DNA of 63,967 bases, filler included, from Reticulomyxa filosa (GCA_000512085.1; 21 parts of 21 records of this genome joined end to end with filler, not necessarily neighbours in it); one strand, 5' to 3'; positions 12,835 through 26,491 are shown, counted from the whole stretch's first letter. The notes: generated by a model not told the origin, from the letters alone. Numbers and translations: made by a program.

Positions 12835-14815
12835 AACACAAAGCTCACAACTTCAATACAACAAATCTTGTCAATGTCTTCATTTTGACACTTTTTTTAG
12901 ATTTTTTGAACAATGAGCATTTCTTTCGCAGTTCATTCATTTTCAAAAATATTCTGTCAGCTAAAAAAATTCTTGTTTAATTGTAGTTTTTACAATAAGC
13001 TATTATTCCACTAAAACAAAATCATTTAAACTAGCTGAAGATACAAATAAGCTTTGGAAAAAAGTTAAAAATGCTAATTACGTGATTTTACTAGACGTTG
13101 AAAGAGTGTAATGAATCGTAATTTAACAATATGATATCTTTGGATTAGTGATAGCACATATTTTGGCAATTTTACTCAATTTTGTTTACATTTCAGCTAA
13201 AAATCATTTAAGTATGAAAATTTAATTATAGTATACATATTCACCATTTCTCACTGAAACTCTTCAATGCATTTCTTGCATAAATCTTTAGAACTCTTTC
13301 AGTTTCATCATTGAATGTTTAAAAAGTTGTTGTAATTCATATGTTGCACTAATAAGTGCACGCTCCTCGGTTACAAGGACCCCAAGTTTTTTATAAAACA
13401 AAAAAAACAAGAATGAGCAGTTTATATAACAAAGATGGACTTTGGGTAAGCCATTTGTATCGTCAAAAACCTTTGCTCGATGTGGTTGACTCTCAGTGGA
13501 GAAAAGAGCATATTTACTCAGACGGTTAGTTTTATGTTGTAATAGTGTAAGATAAACAAATAAATATTGATGTTTCAAATTGTTTAAATTATATTATATA
13601 GACATATATATTTCACCAAAAGCAGAATCTGGAGCCAACAATGCAATTGGAGGTCATTGATTTGTTTTATAATGAATATAACTATACTTTTTTAATATAA
13701 CAAAACAAAATAAATATACAATAATTAATTAGATCCTAAACAGAAATCAAAAAAGCTATGGGCGTCAACTGGACTTCAAAAATCAACACCATCTAATGGC
13801 ATATTATAATAACAACAAATGAGGAAACATGTTTTTTAAATGATGAACTTTTGTGCTTTTTCCAACACATTGGATCGTGTGTTCCAAATCTTGTTTTTGT
13901 TTTGCTTTTCAATTTATTTTTTCATTGGTACACATTATTTACATTCCGAATGGCAAGGTCTTGCAGACGTGAACTACTTGCGTTTAATAACATTCAAAAA
14001 TCGTTTTATTCAATAAAAAATTAAATAAAGAACAATGTACATTTCATAACCCAGAAAAAAAGCAAACAAAAAATAATTCTTCAAATTCTCGCTTTTGTTC
14101 GTTATTTTTATTTAATTAGCTGTTAACACAACTTTTGTGCTTGTTTTGTTTTATGCTGTGCATTTTTTTGTTTGCCAACGAAGTGAATGTAAACGTCAAC
14201 GCGTTTTCTTTACAATCACTTTTTCTCTTAGTAGAGCAATGCAACGTTATCGTAATTATTGACCAATATTATTGACAAATTTTTTTGCGTTCAGAGAAAA
14301 AATAAACGAAAATATATTGGAAACGAAATCAGTTAAATTTTATTGTATTTTCAACTATTAAATAAAAAACTGTATTTTTTAGCGAGAAATAGACTTATGC
14401 TAGTCAAAGAGTAAGTTATCCTAAAAGAACACAATATTATAAAAGAAAAACAAAAAGCAAAAGATCACAAAACTTGAAAAAACTCACACAAGCTAGACAA
14501 AAAACGAAAAAACATATTTCAATTGTTGATTAAGCATTGAAATATAAAAAACCAAATTGAATATCAAATGTTGTAAGTCGATATCAACAAACAATTGTAA
14601 AACAATTTTTGCTATTTAATGTGGATATCATTGATTACAGTAGTTGATCACTGAATAGTATGATCACTTGTTTCGAATTGTTGAAGTATAAGAGAATATT
14701 GAAATTCAATANNNNNNNNNNNNNNNNNNNNNNNNNNNNNNNNNNNNNNNNNNNNTTAATTAATTAANNNNNNNNNNNNNNNNNNNNNNNNNNNNNNNNN
14801 NNNNNNNNNNNCCCC

Positions 14816-14852
<37 letters not shown>

Positions 14853-14858
<6 letters not shown>

Positions 14859-15280
14859 CAAACTGCACAATTTTTACAAATACTACGTGTGTTGGACTTG
14901 AGACGCTCGTACTTGAAATGCTTATCTGATAGTTTGCTGCAATAGTAAAAAAACTCTTGCCCCTGAATTTGATGGCGACACTTGTCACAAATAAACGTTC
15001 GAGGCGATGTGTTGTTTGGAAATATTTGTGGGATTGTATATTTCATTGTCTCGCCACATGTACAATACATTGGCTGCTCATGGTTTACATCTGCTCGACA
15101 GAAAGACCATCCACAAACGCAAATACTAATTGAGCCTCTCACCAAAAAAAATAATGGAAAAACTTTTTTTTCCAGTTGGGTTTAGCTATTTCAAATGTGG
15201 AAAAAATACATGAAGGATGCAATGGTCTCTTGAGGGTCTTGATATCTTGCTTTTCATCTGCACCATAAGACATGGCGTTC
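14853..15280 (-). CDS. hypothetical Cys-rich zinc-binding protein, 5' part
   Basis: CTCG...CDKC...YYC...ICKNC pattern (ZZ-like). Confidence 0.4.
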
Positions 15281-15833
15281 GCTGAATTTTTTTTCCCAAC
15301 ACCTTTCACTAAACTTTGTAAAAGAACACCGTTCGTCGAAAAACAAGTATAATTTAAAGTTTTCCTGTTTTCAAATAGCACAGAAAACGTAGGAACAATG
15401 ACCAAATTGAATATTTTTGAATGTATGTTATTCATCGTGTCGCTGATGTAGTAAATGCCATATCTAAAAAGTTATTAATGTATGTTTTTGTTAATATATT
15501 TCCCTTAATATCCTCTTGTATTTTAGCTTTTATTACGTAATTTGTCTGTGTGCAATATTCATATGTTTATTACACTTATGTCCATATCTTTTGAGATATT
15601 ATTTTTTAAATTTTCTACCGTTCAATCGGCTCAACTTATAAATACAATCTTACTTATTGCTTCTTTGATTTATATGGTCCGAACACTGGATTGACTCTAT
15701 TAAAACGTTGTATATCTTGCTGTCCGTGATTCTTTGTCCCAACCTTTGTTTTTCGACTCTTTAAAAAAAAAAGAATATTTATTTGTGTCCTGAAAAGGAC
15801 CAAACAGTTAAAAAAAAAAAAAAAAAAAGTATT

Positions 15834-17518
15834 ATGAAGGTCTTGTATCTACATCTCCTTACTTGTATATCGTGTATTTTGTCCGCAACGGCGGTGTCAG
15901 TCGTTAATTGGCAAGATATTGTGAATCGGAAGTCAGACCTAGATTTGTCACAGCCTTTAAAAATTGTGGAAAGTCCAATGAAAAATTGGGCAATATTTGG
16001 AGAGTTGGCGAAGAGGTACGAGCAATATTTTGTGCAACGGTTTACAGTGAGAGGAAACGAGCATATCCAAGTGCAGCACATAGCATGCAATTGTTCCTGC
16101 ATTAGCCAAGTGTTGGAAGGAAAGAAAGACGAGATATCAGAAGAAAGCGAGTACAAATCAAAGTGCGAAGAATACTGTTCACAATTTTTATACGTAGATC
16201 AAAAAAACGATCGCATTCCCTTTTGGACAAGTATGGTGTCAGAAGCGACGAGAGGAATGCAGCAATATGCAACGATAAGAAGAGAGTGTATCCGAGAGCA
16301 CAAAGATGAATGGATATCACCGTATGGATTCGTTCACGACATATTATGGACGCAAAGTGCAGACAAGCGACAGGAGAAGCGACAAGAGGATAAGTACTAT
16401 TTATCGGCCGTGCTGTCAAAAGATGCAAAGTTCCATTCGATTGTGCGCGACATGGACATGACACCATATCTGGAGCAGTTTGGGATTGACGTGTGGCGGG
16501 ACGACATGCAAATGTATCTATGGATGGGAAGTGAAAAAGCCACCGCGATAAGACATTACGATTTCAATCACAATTTGTATTTGGTTTTGTTTGGATGCAA
16601 GACCTTTCATTTGTCCGCGCCACATACCGCCAAGTTTTTTACCATGTATCCATTTTTGCATCCGTCTAAAAGACATCAAATCTTGGCTGAGATTTTCCAT
16701 ACTACAGTTTTGTACATATACATATATACAAATATATACATATATATATATGTATATATATGTATAAGTTATACACAATTGGAAAAAAAAAAAAAAAACC
16801 AAATTATTATATATTAGTATATTATAATATACTAATATATAATAATTTGCCGAAGCATTGGACTGAAGAGTCATTGTCATTGAAACGCGTTCGCGTTTGC
16901 AGTGGAGAGGCCTTGTTTCTGCCGTCGTTTTGGTTTCACCATGTGGTCAACGAAGATGCCAAAACGTTTGCGGTGAACATGTGGTGGGTTTCACCAGTCG
17001 AACGCCAAATCTATGAGATCCAAAACACAGTGTGGAAACTGTCCACAGCTGTTAGGGACAAAGAATGGGGGGAGAGGTTTGTTGGAGTTGTTTATTTCGT
17101 TCGTATGCTTCTTCACAATCACTGCAAACAAGTGGGAATAAACGATGATGCTGCTGCTGCTAATCGACAGCTACAATCGCGGTGCTTGTTGTCTGTGCAA
17201 GAGCCCACGATAATGCTATCCACACCTTACACAATTGTGTATGCGCCTTTGTTAAATGAGAAATGGGATGATATGTCCGATTCACAATTTTTGTATGCTT
17301 TGGACTTAAAAATACCTTCTTGGAAATATTTTTGGGAGAATGACCTTTTCTTCTGTCACAACACAACAACCAAACTTTTTCTTCACTGTTCTTTCGTCGA
17401 CAGTGCTTTCAACCGGATCTCTTGGCTATGCGACTATGGCAAACTTGGCTTACACTTATTCTTCAACAACTCTCGCAACTCTGTTCTTATGACATTGGAG
17501 TGTGTGAAACCACTTTAA
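15834..17518 (+). CDS. JmjC/cupin-8 2-oxoglutarate-Fe(II) oxygenase with signal peptide; one intron ~16707-16856
   Basis: MKVLYLHLLTCISCILSATAVS signal-like N-terminus; LWMG..ATAIRHYDFNHNLYLVLFGCKTFHL and GEALFLPSFWFHHV give the HxD...H facial triad. Confidence 0.88.
16800..16849. repeat. perfect 50-bp palindrome inside the JmjC intron
   Basis: caaattattatatattagtatattataatatactaatatataataatttg is its own reverse complement; both-strand ORFs read NYYILVYYNILIYNNL. Confidence 0.95.
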
Positions 17519-19038
17519 TTGAAATATCTGAAGTTTTAGTTAGCTTTGCTATTCATGGGCAGGACACCACCAATGATAATATTACCCCTCTGGTAATGGT
17601 GTTGGGAAAACTTTAAATGTTTGATATAATAAACGTTCTTTGCACTGATTTTTTTTTTTTTTTGCTTCCAGTCTATTTATGATTAAAAAACAATACTTTA
17701 GGGAAAGTGCACAACTCAATTTTCGTTGTATTTTTTTGCATTAGGAATTGTTTTACAAACTGTTTAGTTTGGGTATGAAAAAAAAGTTCATCAGATAAGA
17801 AGTCCATACGATGGTATTCAATGAATACCACTTTGCAACATAAAACAGTGAAATTTCCGGGCGGGAATAGATTTTATGCATTCTCTATTACAACTACAAA
17901 AATCTAAGGCAAAAGCAAATAAAAATTTTAATACTTTGTTTGTATATCAAAATTTTAATTTTAAAAATTTACAAACTTTATTTTTTGAAAGATCGCTTTA
18001 CCTAAATTAATCACTTCATTTGGACTTAAAAGTCATTTTTTTTTAAAGAGTATCTATTTGCACGACAATTTAAGGATCCTGGAAGAGGACTCCAAATAAT
18101 CGAAAAATCTATTGCCCTACGACCCGATTAACTTGAAGCGGACTTGTTCAACAAAAAGAAAAAAACTCAAGTTGAACCTTTACATTTTAGTTCCTTTTTT
18201 TGTAAAGGAAAAAAGTCATACCATCCCAAAAGATGACCGATCATTTTGTACGTCTTTTTTTTCATTTTTGTCGTTCTTCAAATTATCCATAAACAGACAA
18301 ACAAGGAAAAGAGCTGTGTTTTTGTCTTCACAAGAAAACAACATCAAAAAAACAACACAAAAAAACAACTAATTACTACCGAAGGACAAAAATGTTTACT
18401 ACGACAATCCCGATGAGCAAGAGACTTTTTATGAAGACGCTGGTAAGTAACATAGTTTTTTTCTGGATAAAACTACAAAAAAAAAGGGGGGTACGTTTTC
18501 TTGTAATTTGAATTGACAAAACGAGAAAGAAAAGTAGAGAGGGGGGGGGAGGGGGACATGAGCAGCGGAATGTAAAAATAAAAAAAACAACTCTAATGTA
18601 TATATGTTGACATGTTGCATGTATGGGGGGTATCTGACAAGATGTAAAAAATGGATCAAGTCATGATGATGGGTCTTCTCATGTGATTTCAAGTCACTTT
18701 GACCAAAGCGTGAATGAAGTCGATGATGAAAATCTTCCGACATCGAGACCGGTTAAAAAGCGAAAAGGGGTTAATTATTCCAAGAAAAAGTTTCGAAGGA
18801 GTGCGAGTGATGGAAAGGGGTTGCAAATATCGTGCTTTTTTTTTTTTTTTTAAAAGAAACAAAAAAAAAAGTAAACCGTTTAATAATTTTTTTAAAAAAA
18901 GTAAAAAACAAAAGTTACCATGGACACGCGTTCAATAGNNNNNNNNNNNNNNNNNNNNNNNNNNNNNNNNNNNNNNNNNNNNTTAATTAATTAANNNNNN
19001 NNNNNNNNNNNNNNNNNNNNNNNNNNNNNNNNNNNNNN

Positions 19039-20273
19039 AAAAATTATAAAAAAATATCAACTTTCAGTTTTGTAATTGGTGAAGTTTGATTTTGATTATT
19101 AATTATCTTTTCAGCATTTTTTCGTTCTCTTTTGAGTTCTTCTTTCTCCATTGCTTCTGCTTCTTGCTCTATTGCTACTTCTTCTTCTTCTTCTTCTATA
19201 ATCTTTCTCTCTCTTTTTCTGTTGGTGCTCTCATTAATTCTTTCACATCAATTTTTGTATGCGTTGCGACTTCTTTTATTCCATTATTTCCTCCAATGAC
19301 GTGCACATACTTTGCATCTCCGCTCAGTATTATTAGCAGACAACCACGCAGTGCTTCGGGTAAAATACGATTAAATTTATCCCATTTATTTTCAAACATT
19401 GAGTATTTATGGATGACATCCGAAGCATGTTCCGATCCACCAAAAAAGAATACTACTCCATTAATAGAGATATTTCCATATTTATATTTACGGTCCATCG
19501 TATCCACAGGATTATAGTCACGATTTTTTTTGTAATTTATAAAATTGAAATGCATTTTTATCTTCGTCATATTCAATATCCAAACATACTTCACAAAATA
19601 ATATCATGTCATGTCTTTTTTTGTTGGGTTTCACAGTTGAGGATTCATTCCAAGGCTTCGATAAAAAACAATAACTTAAAGACTTTTTTGTTGGCATTAC
19701 AGCTTGTTTAACAAATTTACAAGTATTCAAATCAAATACATCAATATTATTTGGAGGATAAATAATGAATAATAAATGGTTATTGCTTCCACTGATCACC
19801 GCACGAATTCCTTCATAATTTTCTTGTCTTCTTCCAATGTAAACCGGCTTGTTATTTTTATCCCTCAGTGGGAGCCATTGATTGAGAGGCTTGGCTGGCT
19901 CTGTTTCATTTTTATCTTTTTTTTCATCTTCCGCTTCATCATTATCCCAGACACTTGTATACTTCATCACCAATGTATGTTTGTATGTTCCACCTAGAGA
20001 TAATAATGTGATTTCATTTGGATTGCTTGGGTTCACCCGTTTCACAACGCAATGCTCAAATAATATTGCGTTCTTTGGATACAGACAGATAAATCTGTAT
20101 TGATTTTTGAGTGTATGATAAGAATAACATTGTCTTTTATGCACACCTCCGCAAATAAGAATTTCGTTATTATGCGAAACACCTTGACTTTGATAAAGTG
20201 AAACGGGTAAAGGCGGTAAAGCTTCAAGGTGAGTTGCTGTACTTTGTTCAACTTTAGTATCATTTAAATCCAT
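19039..20273 (-). CDS. Kelch-like beta-propeller protein of an expanded family, frameshift near 19590, Lys/Glu-rich tail
   Basis: LPPLPVSLYQSQGVSHNNEILICGG..CYSYHT; VFFFGG; VHVIGG Kelch GG motifs split over two frames. Confidence 0.8.
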
Positions 20274-20453
20274 CTTCAGTGTTGACGAATGTCGAACGAT
20301 TGTATGTTCAGTTTTTAAGTCGTATGGAATTATTATAAGGTATGTTTTTTTTTNNNNNNNNNNNNNNNNNNNNNNNNNNNNNNNNNNNNNNNNNNNNTTA
20401 ATTAATTAANNNNNNNNNNNNNNNNNNNNNNNNNNNNNNNNNNNNNNNNNNNN

Positions 20454-20800
20454 GAGGATATAACGACTTCATCGATTTTACAAAATTTTCATCATTTTAT
20501 GGAATAATAAAATTATGTGATGTAAATACTATGAATATGATACAAACGTTAACTGATAATTCAGATCGCATAGAAAATATTCAATTTTCGCCATCGTATC
20601 AACGTCTGTGAATATAATCAGTTTTTGGAATGTAAAAACTAAAAGAAATAAAAATAGATGATGTAATACACTCAAGATTTTCTCCAGATAATCAAAAATA
20701 AAAAATAGAAGTTAACGACATAGTGTCGTGTATAGATATTTTATCAGATGGAAGTCAATTTGTCAGGTTCTTCTAACGGTATGATTCAAATTTGATAATG
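20454..20800 (+). pseudogene. decayed WD40-repeat remnant
   Basis: IKLCDVNT, IQFSP, RFSPDNQK, DILSDGSQF..GMIQI fragments with stops and frameshifts. Confidence 0.65.
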
Positions 20801-22237
20801 TGACTAAAATTATTTTTTAAGTTTTTATGCAAGACAACAATGAAAGTATTATTTGTTATTTCACTTATGTGATTGATTAATTATCATTTTTATTTTGTTT
20901 TTTCTTAAACATATATATCTCTGTTTTCAAACATAAAACATTAGTTCTTTAAAACAAAACAAACTATGTTCAGGTAGCTATTTCTTTTTAAAAATCAAGG
21001 TGTTTTTTGCTTTTTTTATAGTCAGTGGTTATATTTTGAAGAATATGCACGTTTGATCATTTTCTTCTGCCAAAATGCATTTCGGTAAAAAGAACATTCA
21101 TTTTTTTTTAATGCATGCAAACACAAGGTAACATAAGTGTAAGCACAAAAAAAATAATTCAAGAAGATCCAAGGAGGTGATAAAAGGGGAAAAGAGAAAA
21201 TACATAATTGTGCATTTGAGTGTCTCTTTTTTTCTTCCTAAAAAAAATTATTTCAATTCATATACATGCATGATAAATAGTTTTTGGAGAAACAACAATG
21301 CCGTCAAAGTTTAAATAAAATTACATTTTTTCTTTGGAGCTTTTTTTTGAACTAAAATATTTTGAAAACTTAACATATAATTGAATTAAACATGTAATGC
21401 AACGAACATGTTAAAGCTGTAGGAGGTATGCAAAGTGATCAGAATCAGGAAAATTCAAAACAGAAATAAAAGCATTGATAAAAATTATGTGATGATGTAA
21501 TGAAAGAAGAAATATCTTGATCAAAACAATTGCTTCAATTAGTTTGTAAAAAAAAATATTTTTGAATAATTTAATATTATATTCCAGTGACTAAATTGTT
21601 TTGTATAAAGTGGTTCAACTTTTATTCTGGCTTGACTTTGTATCAAAATCAGATAATAAACAAGTAAAATAAATCAAAAAATAGTAGTTCAATCAAAGGC
21701 CCAATTTATGTTCGAGATGAAAATATATGAATACAGCTTTTTGATTTATCTTTTTTTCCCTTCATTAAAAATATCATGTTGCCAAAAACGTATAAACGGA
21801 TTCCTAAAATAATACTTTTTCAACATCTTTGTTTTCAGAGTAATGTAATGGATATAGAATATAATATCATTAAGAATAATTCGCTTTGCATACAGCCACA
21901 GCTTAGATAAAGCTATCTTAAGATGAAATATTCCTGAGATTAAAAGAATCTTTTTACCTGATCGCATTCTTTTGAGTTATAGATCATTCATAATTCTTTA
22001 AAAAATATTGAATGCAATTATTTCAATTTTTTAAAACAACAAAGCAAAATAAAACACATCCTTCAATGCTTGCATTCAATCAAATCAAACAATTTTAATC
22101 ACTTTATTTTTCTTTAATCAAACTTTTCAAACAAAAANNNNNNNNNNNNNNNNNNNNNNNNNNNNNNNNNNNNNNNNNNNNTTAATTAATTAANNNNNNN
22201 NNNNNNNNNNNNNNNNNNNNNNNNNNNNNNNNNNNNN

Positions 22238-23537
22238 TGGAAAGAATATTGTAATTGTTCTTCGTTCAATTTCACTGAAATATTTTTAAAAGGTTGAAGG
22301 TCCCATGTATTACATAACCTTCTGCTTAAACGTCTGAGAGCAACATTCAAGTGTTCTTCTTTCAATTTCATGGATATTTTTTCAAGTACTTTTGCACATA
22401 ATTTACTGAAATCTGCAATTGGATTATCTAATCCATTGATCAAATATTGAAAAACATTTTCATTCCGTTCTTCCTCATGCAGTTTTATTAAGAGCATTTC
22501 GAGTTCATTATTAAAAAACATACCATATTTGAATGCATCCTCCAAGTATCTTCCACCCAATCTTAGTGCTATTGATGCAAGTAGCTCTCCACATGAGCGT
22601 TCATTTTTTTCATAATTGAGTCCAATCATCAAAATCAGAAAAACATGTTTCGCTTGCTGTTCATTTAATTTTGATCCTACTTTTAAAAGTAGCGCTGCAG
22701 AATCTTCACGAATGTCTGTTTCAGACAAAGCGCTTATTAAAATTTTGATAGCATCATCCAATTGACCTTCTGTTAATTCCTCTAATATTTGTTTGCAGTC
22801 ATCATAATATCCACGTCGTCGAAGAAGTAGTTCAAAATATTGTACATCAATATTTATTGTTTTTCTGAAGATATGTAGGCATGGAAATGGACTATCTGCG
22901 TATAAATTGTCATATGGTTTGCATTTAAGTTGCTTAAATTGATCAATAACACATGAGTGAATATCCGGATGAACAAGAACATACTGTAAAGTAAGCGAAT
23001 GCATTTCTATCTCATTCACAAAGTCCTCATATACAAATTCGTTTTTGAAAATATAAAATTCGTAATCATAGAATTGGTTTTTGTCAAAATTGATCCAAGC
23101 AATGAGCCACAATTTGAATGAATGAATGAGTGCTTTGTGACAATCTTGAAGTTGTGATGAAAGAAAGGGGCTTTCTGTGTCTGCTTTGCAGGCATCCAAA
23201 CAGCGCAGGAAAAACATCATTTGATAAATGGGAATGAGTTGAGGTGGTGATGAATGTAACAATTTCCAAAAATACAACAAACCAGATCCTAATGGATCTT
23301 TTCCATTTTCAATGTTACTATATAATATTCCGGCCATAAATGGAATCATTACTGCATATTTCGGAGTGAGTTGTTCATTGATCAAAATGGAACATACTTC
23401 TTTGTGTTCTTTTGTTTCATTTGACTGATATAAACAATTGACCAAATAATAAGCAGCAAACCACTCTTGAAATGTCAAATGAGGAAAATACACTGAATCA
23501 ATTGGATGAGATGGATTCATTGATTCTTGTCCTTGTA
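22238..23537 (-). CDS. NACHT-family (NLR-like) protein, winged-helix/HD2 region followed by HEAT-like repeats (internal fragment)
   Basis: YFPHLTFQEWFAAYYL NACHT-associated motif; ...MIPFMAGIL; repeated helical units (LDDAIKILISAL, VFQYLINGL..CAKVLEKISMKL). Confidence 0.85.
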
Positions 23538-23639
23538 NNNNNNNNNNNNNNNNNNNNNNNNNNNNNNNNNNNNNNNNNNNNTTAATTAATTAANNNNNNN
23601 NNNNNNNNNNNNNNNNNNNNNNNNNNNNNNNNNNNNNAA

Positions 23640-23795
23640 AAATTATAAAAAAAAAATTTAATATTTAAAAACTACAAGATTAGTATATACATTTTTTTAA
23701 ATTAGATTTAAATCTTTATTTTTCATTGAGAAAATCAATTCTATTCATATAGTACCATTTAGTTATGGCAGTTTTTTTTGCAATATACTGTATAT
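23640..23795 (+). repeat. copy of dispersed AT-rich repeat family (foldback arm homolog)
   Basis: Matches 1-37 (catttag.tatggcagtttttttttgcaat.tactgta), the reverse complement of 31066-31146, and the right arm 30240-30385. Confidence 0.75.
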
Positions 23796-24677
23796 AAAAG
23801 AAAAAAAAAGTACTAAGTAAAGTGTTGACGAACATAGTATGTGAATTTCATCACCAAAGTTCATGCACCATATCAGCTGTCATATTTTGGAACTTTTTTG
23901 ATTGACATTAGTATTAAATGATCCGTTTTTTGAACTTGTCATCAATATGTTTTTCAAAAATGATAATGAATTTCGTTATATTTTCACAATATTTGCATTG
24001 GACATATCACAATATCAATCAGTGCATTGTGCTTCCGGTCCAATTTACCTTGAATATCTATCGTTATTGTCTGTTGTGATTCCATGTCCTTTTGTTCCTT
24101 TTTAAATTGTTATCGAAAACCATGCAGAGCATGATGAAACGATGACTGTCCAAATTCATCTGTTGATAAATACTTAGGATCAAATTATTTGGCTTGCTAT
24201 AGTCATCAATGCTAACAAGAACCTTCTCTTTCTTGCCCTTCTCACTTGTTTGCAATTTCAAAGCTGATAATTCTGTTGGAAGGACCACCGAGTACTTGAG
24301 CTTGGGAATGTCTAAGGTATGCACATGCTCCAACAATGGAGCCAAAGAAACTGTCATTGCTGTCATTTTTAGCTGACAATGGTATCAATGCTCAGAGACC
24401 AAGGTGTATGTGTATTTTATTAAAAAACTTTTGTTCTTTCGTGAGATTAAAAAAATTTTAACACCAACTTTTCCCCCTGTTAAAGAATCTCATTTGCCAA
24501 TATTTTGGAGTGGTAGTGTCTCCTTGCATTTTTTTTTGTGACATGACGAGAACGGTGAAAGCAAAAAAAAAAAGGAATGATAAGTTCGGATAAAATCCTA
24601 ATAAGTAATATAAATTAAACGATCTAAAAAAAAACACAAAAGAAGGAAAGAGAAGAGAAAAAAAAGAACAAACGCGT

Positions 24678-25950
24678 TTACATAGGACTAACGCAAGTGG
24701 GTTCAGTCAGAAGAGTCCGACTGTAAATACGAACTGTTTCGTATTTGACAGACGGAGAGCAAATTTTGCAAATAAGCCAACAAAAAAAATATACAATAAC
24801 ATTAGCAATACTAAGCGCCAAGCACGCCCAAGGGAAGAAAATGTAACCATACGTGTCGATTCCCCAGCCAATAGCAAAGGAAATGGCTGCTCCTCCAATA
24901 TTGAAGGAAGCCAGATAGAGTGCAGATACAAACCCATTATTTCCGACGATATCGTCAGCAAACTTCAGCGACGTTGCAATCACCGATGCAGCAAACCATC
25001 CGTCCATTGCAAAAGAAGCGTACAAAGCAAGCAAGTGGGAATGAAACAGGGCAAAGACTGCCATCGCAACACCCATCATTCCATTACAGCACAAGAGCAC
25101 ATTAGAGGCCTGAAGTTGTTTGTGCATTACATACATTGTTCCAAAGCGACCAAGTAGTTGTGCACCAAAGTAAGTGGAATTCAAATACCTTTACAAATTT
25201 TTTATTTTTATTTTATTTATTTTTTTTTTTTTTAGATAATAATAACCACAAAAAAAAAAAAATTTTAAAGTTCAAATAGTAAACGTCCCTTAATGGCTCA
25301 CTACAACATTCAAAGAAGTAATAACATATCATATGGCACACAACAGACCTGCCAACCGATTTGGGAAGACCCAAATTGTCGTCGACAAAGCCAGTGATAA
25401 AACTATTCAGTGCAAATTGCAACCCTCCAGCAAAAAAGGACGTAATAGCAGACAAAGCGATGACAACATATTTCCAGCACGTAATCTGTACGAGTCCCGC
25501 ATCGGTGCAAAGAGGGTCCTGATAGGGGAGAAGATGATGGTCGGCTTGCGGAAGATCGTTGGAACGTTTATTATATGGTTCCATGGTGAAGTCATTTTCC
25601 ACTTCAGGCTTGGATGCACTTTCGATGATCGACTGATCGAGATTTAACAAAATTGGCTCGGGCAAATTGATGTAGCTTTCCGTCAATACTGTGGCATTTT
25701 TTGAGTCAGTGTTTTGGAACAAGTATTTATGTTCTGACGTGTCGTTGGTGTTTGTCTTCAAATACGGGCTAACCGTGTTGGGTCCGATCAAATGGTCGGA
25801 TGTGGGAGACAATGATTTCAACAATACCGCGATCACACAAGACATTCCCCCTAGCAAGTATATCGCATATTTGTACGAGTTCCACAAGCTCACACTTAAA
25901 TCAATTATCAACGGTGCACCTGTACTTCCAATTCCAAATACCACCTATTT
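24678..25950 (-). CDS. MFS transporter (MFSD4/sugar transporter-like), 3' portion, multi-exon
   Basis: FGIGSTGAPLI; multiple hydrophobic helices; NSTYFGAQLLGRF; SFNIGGAAISFAIG. Confidence 0.8.
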
Positions 25951-26139
25951 TTTTTTTTTTACGCATCATTCAAATAAAAAAACGTCGCTTGTTGCGTTTT
26001 TGCGTATGTGCGTATGCGTGTGCTATATACNNNNNNNNNNNNNNNNNNNNNNNNNNNNNNNNNNNNNNNNNNNNTTAATTAATTAANNNNNNNNNNNNNN
26101 NNNNNNNNNNNNNNNNNNNNNNNNNNNNNNTAATTATTG

Positions 26140-26491
26140 TTTTTCTTTTTTATTATTTCAATGTTTGCTTGGTGTTACATTTGTTCATTCGATTATCTTT
26201 CAATTCAATTTCTTGTCTCATGGATTGTAATAATTGAGTTACTATATCAAAATGTAATTTCATTATTGAAATGTGATGAGCATTTAAATTATGGTTGAAG
26301 CAGATATGATTGCGATCAATTAAATTCAAATTGCATTCATTGATTAAATAATTATTTAAATATTTTAATTTTCCTTTACAATCACATTTGATGTCACGTG
26401 ATTGAATTGGACAAGAATTGTTATTGTTTTTAAGAAATAATTGTAGACAATGTTCTTCATCTTTTGCGCTTTCTTCCTTTGCTTGCTTCAT
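26140..26491 (-). pseudogene. RING/TRAF-type zinc-finger family remnant
   Basis: HCLQLFLKNNNNSCPIQ..CDCKGKLK.LNNYL..EC..MKLHFDIV, an internally deleted paralog of 36377-37099 and 60835-61490. Confidence 0.7.

Noticed and set aside
17812-17830. Small hairpin tggtattca-a-tgaatacca
   Set aside because: A 9-bp stem is plausible by chance in AT-rich DNA; no supporting context
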